Origin: Trueperaceae bacterium
GTDB lineage: Bacteria; Deinococcota; Deinococci; Deinococcales; Trueperaceae
Assembly: GCA_965214405.1 (NCBI GenBank)
Contig: OZ243956.1
Location: forward strand, 3,392,001 to 3,456,000
DNA: 64,000 nucleotides
Direction: 5' to 3'
In this document: piece after piece, positions 60,473 through 64,000 of the stretch
Numbering within the stretch: position 1 is the first letter of the stretch
Layout: each line of letters begins with the position of its first letter
Made by a program: the position numbers and the translations under genes
Notes under the pieces: model-generated
Databases searched by the model: none
Told to the model about the DNA's origin: nothing
The model's input: only the letters and a program-made list of their open reading frames with translations

Positions 60473-61282
60473 CTACGGGCAGTTGCATTGGCCCGGCGGA
60501 CCTGCGGGGCCGGTCGCTCCCACGGGGCCGACGGGTCCTTGCGGTCCCGGCGGGCCTTGGGGACCCTCGGCTCCGGGGGGGCCTGCGGGACCGCCCGGTC
60601 CGGTGAGCCCCTGCTCTCCTTGTGGCCCTGTCGGCCCGGTGAGCCCCTGCTCGCCTGGCGCGCCAGGCGGGCCGGGTTCACCCGCGGGGCCGGGCGGTCC
60701 CTGGGGACCAGGCTCACCCGCGGGGCCGGGCGGTCCTTGAAGCGTACCCGCGGCGAGCGCGCCCTGAACCTCGCTTACTTGGGTTGCGAGCGTGCTGACG
60801 GTGTCTTGAACCGCGAGCGCCCCGCAACCGGTTTGCGCCGCCAGCACGTCCAGCACCCGGCTTACTAAAAAGGCGGTCTGGTAACCCGTCAGGAACTCGC
60901 CGCCCCGAAATTCGCCGCTCGGGAATGCTTCGTCTATACCCAAAGAGGCGAGCCGCGCCACCGCCGGTGCCGCCCAGTGACCCTCCGGCACGTCGGAAAA
61001 GGAGGTGGTGGGCGCGCTACTGGCAACGACGTTTTGGCCGCAGCCGGTTTGCGCGTAGACGGTCTCGAGCAGGCCGTTCAAAAGCACCGCCGCCTGATAG
61101 CCCGTGAGCGGGTCGGCGCCCAAAAACGAGCCGTCCGGAAACGACACCGGCACACCCGCGTCGGCGAGCTCCGACACGGCCTCGCTCCGCCAGTCGGCGG
61201 CTTGCTGCACCGCGCCCACCACGCCTAAAGCGGCAAGAACGCCCAGCAGCGCGAGAAAGAACCTGAAAAAACGTTTGGGCAT
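60473..61282 (-). CDS. SLH-domain protein with a collagen triple-helix tail
   Basis: Signal peptide, two SLH-like units ([10 protein letters not shown]...), and 28 uninterrupted Gly-X-Y triplets ending in GQCNCP. Confidence 0.88.
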   Translation of the reverse strand: MPKRFFRFFLALLGVLAALGVVGAVQQAADWRSEAVSELADAGVPVSFPDGSFLGADPLTGYQAAVLLNGLLETVYAQTGCGQNVVASSAPTTSFSDVPEGHWAAPAVARLASLGIDEAFPSGEFRGGEFLTGYQTAFLVSRVLDVLAAQTGCGALAVQDTVSTLATQVSEVQGALAAGTLQGPPGPAGEPGPQGPPGPAGEPGPPGAPGEQGLTGPTGPQGEQGLTGPGGPAGPPGAEGPQGPPGPQGPVGPVGATGPAGPPGQCNCP

Positions 61283-61836
61283 GATGACTCCCTTGTGGTG
61301 ACCCCTTTTGTGGACCCTTTGTGGTCGAATAGCCTAGCTGACACGTGTCATGACTCGACGCTTCATCCCTTTTGACGCGCACACCCTGCACCCGTTTTAA
61401 GTTGATACACATGAACATGCACGTGACTAACGCAGAACCTTGCAAACTGGCGCAGGTGGTGTAATGTTGACGCTGTGGCCTCACCAAACAAATAGTTTCA
61501 TCAAACAACTGATAAACCAAACAAATTGATACACCCACAGCATAACTTAAAAGACCATTATGCCAACCCGCCTCAGCCGCCCCTGAGACTAACATCACGG
61601 CTCTCGCTGGTGATGAAGGGTTGGTGAAGCTTATGGAGGGTGTAGAGGATGACGTGTCGGGCTGGCAGGGGGTGCCGCCGCGTCGGAGCGCCGCTCGAGC
61701 CCTCCCCAAAACCGTTCGTGAAGACGTGGTGTAAGACTCCTGGCGCAGGACGCCCGTGTGAAAAAGCAGCGCGCGAGAAAACAGTCTGTGTGATAGCGGA
61801 ACGCGCGTTGTTCTGAGGGCTGGTACCATGAAGGTG

Positions 61837-64000
61837 ATGCAACGTGCAAGACGATGGACACTAAAACGTTGGACGCTAAAACGCGCGGTTGGGCGGAGCG
61901 GGCGCGGCTCGCACCGGCTGACGCTGGCACTCCGTTCTGCTGCAAACATGATGTTTGCCCTGGGCTTGATCGGGATATTTACGGGGACGCCCACCGTGGC
62001 GCTGGCGCAGGCAACGCCGCTCAACGACGCCGCCAGCGCGGCGCTGCAAAAGGGGCAGGCGGCGGCCTCGAGGGCGCTCGTTACCTACGACACGCCCAAC
62101 CTAGACCAGCCTCTCTGGCGCGACGCCGTTCGCTACGGCGAGGAGGCCAAAAGTCTGGCACCGGGGCGCAAGGAACCGCTGCGGTTTCTCGCGCAGGTCT
62201 ACAGCACCGTCGGCTTCTACAGCCGCGCCTGGGAGGCGTGGACGGGCTACTACGACGCGGGGGGGCTGTTTGACGCGCAGGCCAGGTCTCAGTTCGTAGA
62301 CATCGGCAAGGGTCTGGGCTACGCCGCTTACAGAGCCGGGAACCCAGACGAGGCGCTTCTTTATTACAGCACCGTGGACGAGGTGCAGCCCGGCGAGCCC
62401 GAGGTGACCGTCTGGCTGGGCCGCCTCAACTTCGAGCGCGGCGACCTTACCGCCGCGCTGCCCTACTGGCAAGAGGCGACGCGTCAAAATCCGGACAACA
62501 GAACCTACGCGGATTATCTCGCGCGCACCCAGAATGGCCTCACCTACGGCGTGGCGGCCAGCGACGCCTTTTACCGCGGCGTCGAGGCCGCGCAAGCGGG
62601 CCGCAAAGAGGAGGCGCTGACCGCCTTTCGTGAGGCGTTGGGCGCTAATCCGCAGTACAAAGAGGCGTTCGCGCGCGCCGCCGACTTAAGCGCCGACTTG
62701 GGCAGACCGGGAGACGCGCGCGACCTCTGGGCGCGCGCCCTAGCGCTCGACCCGAACGACGCGCGCGCGCGCGCCTCCTTAGAGCGCACGCAGGCGCAGG
62801 CGCGCTGGGGCGTGGCGGCGGTGAACGCGTTTCAGGAGGGCGTCGCGCGTTACAACGCTGGGGACGCGGGCGCGGCGACGGCGAGCTTTCGCCGCGCCAC
62901 CGAGCTCAACCCCGCCTACGCCGACGCCTGGGCCTGGCGCGGGCGCGTGGCGCTCGAGGGGGAAAACTTAACCGACGCGGCGGAATTTTACGACCGGGCG
63001 CGGCAACTAGAGCCCACCAACGCGGGGTACAGCGCGCGCTACGACGGGGTGACGCAGACGCTTACGGCCCAAGCTGAGGCCCAAGTGCAAGCCGAGGCGG
63101 AGGCTGAAGCGGAGGCCCAAGCGGCAGCCGCGGCGCAGCGAGAAGCGCAGGCGGCAGCGCAAGAAGAGGCGAGAGCGGCGGCGCAGGCGGAGAGAGCGCG
63201 CCTGGCTCAGGAGCAGGCAGCCCGAGAGCAAGCGGCAGCCGAGGCGGCGCAAAGGGAAGCGGCAGCCGCGCAAGCCGAAAGGGAAGCGCAAGCGGCGGCA
63301 GAAGCGCAGGCGCAAGCAGCTCAGGCTGAAAGGGACGCGCAGGAGGCGGCGCGGGAGGAGGCCGCGCGCGAAGCTCAGGCTGCCCAGGCGAGCTTACCGG
63401 CTACACCAGAAACGCCCACAGAAACTCCCACAGAAGCGCCCGTAGAAACACCTGCAGACCTCGCCGTCTCTCCTGCAGTTCCGGCCCCCGACGCGCCCCC
63501 CGCCGCCACGGAAGCGCCGAGTGTACCGAGTGCCGCCCCGCCGCTCGTTCTGCTCGACGTGACCTACACCCACCGGGGTGACGCCGAGGGCGGCCCCAAG
63601 GCGTTCTCGCTCTTCGACCTCGCCAACTTGCCCGGCAACCTGACCTCGCCGGTTGATTACGCGGACGGCACGCTCTATCAGCGCCTCGAGGTCATCCGTA
63701 AACCGAGCGACTTGCCCGTCACGTACCAGCTTTGCGCTTTTCAAGCAGGTACCGGAGGCACGTTCGCGGGTTTCGGCTCCGCCTCGAGCTACGCCTGCAC
63801 GAACCGCGCGGGCTTCTCTTTTACCTACCCCGGAACCTACGAAACGTCGCAGCCCATGCGCTCGCTCGAGCGCTACGGGACCGTCAACTGGCAAGACACC
63901 CTGGGCAAAGCAATGCTGGTGCTCGAGGACGCGGACGGCAATCCCGTTGACGACCGCTACGGTTTCGCCGGAAGCTGGTACGGCTCGCCCGTGTTCGACT
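61837..64000 (+). CDS. Large secreted TPR protein with an Ala/Glu/Gln/Arg-rich coiled coil (partial, runs off window end)
   Basis: Not in the ORF track. Manual reading shows a signal peptide ending VALAQ, TPR-like repeats, an AEQR-rich segment at ~63070-63390, and a Pro/Thr/Glu linker. Start could be 61828, 61837 or 61948. Confidence 0.75.
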   Translation, partial: MQRARRWTLKRWTLKRAVGRSGRGSHRLTLALRSAANMMFALGLIGIFTGTPTVALAQATPLNDAASAALQKGQAAASRALVTYDTPNLDQPLWRDAVRYGEEAKSLAPGRKEPLRFLAQVYSTVGFYSRAWEAWTGYYDAGGLFDAQARSQFVDIGKGLGYAAYRAGNPDEALLYYSTVDEVQPGEPEVTVWLGRLNFERGDLTAALPYWQEATRQNPDNRTYADYLARTQNGLTYGVAASDAFYRGVEAAQAGRKEEALTAFREALGANPQYKEAFARAADLSADLGRPGDARDLWARALALDPNDARARASLERTQAQARWGVAAVNAFQEGVARYNAGDAGAATASFRRATELNPAYADAWAWRGRVALEGENLTDAAEFYDRARQLEPTNAGYSARYDGVTQTLTAQAEAQVQAEAEAEAEAQAAAAAQREAQAAAQEEARAAAQAERARLAQEQAAREQAAAEAAQREAAAAQAEREAQAAAEAQAQAAQAERDAQEAAREEAAREAQAAQASLPATPETPTETPTEAPVETPADLAVSPAVPAPDAPPAATEAPSVPSAAPPLVLLDVTYTHRGDAEGGPKAFSLFDLANLPGNLTSPVDYADGTLYQRLEVIRKPSDLPVTYQLCAFQAGTGGTFAGFGSASSYACTNRAGFSFTYPGTYETSQPMRSLERYGTVNWQDTLGKAMLVLEDADGNPVDDRYGFAGSWYGSPVFD

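Overview
This is a GC-rich bacterial chromosome segment. Gene content, SLH proteins, a His-type RuvC and leaderless TAnnnT promoters suggest Deinococcota, probably Trueperaceae-like (inference, no database search). It carries a sugar ABC operon, thrS, an acyl-CoA ligase with a Liv-type ABC operon, a second liv operon divergent from glnA, ruvC, two GH13 enzymes, otsAB, bioY, tkt, lysS, greA and a lytic transglycosylase. At the right end is a Wzx/Wzy polysaccharide cluster preceded by an SLH-collagen protein. Five toxin-antitoxin loci are present, several decayed and one split by an IS5-family element. The most notable unexplained signals are: (1) a ~160-nt structured intergenic RNA candidate (36471-36632) with its own -10 box and terminator, whose 5' hairpin carries 15 nt complementary to the 16S rRNA 3' end; (2) the palindrome CTCGAG iterated about 150 times (manual count), HIP1-like, which also marks the breakpoints of repeated gene remnants in a TA array. 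No CRISPR array, rRNA or tRNA was recognised.
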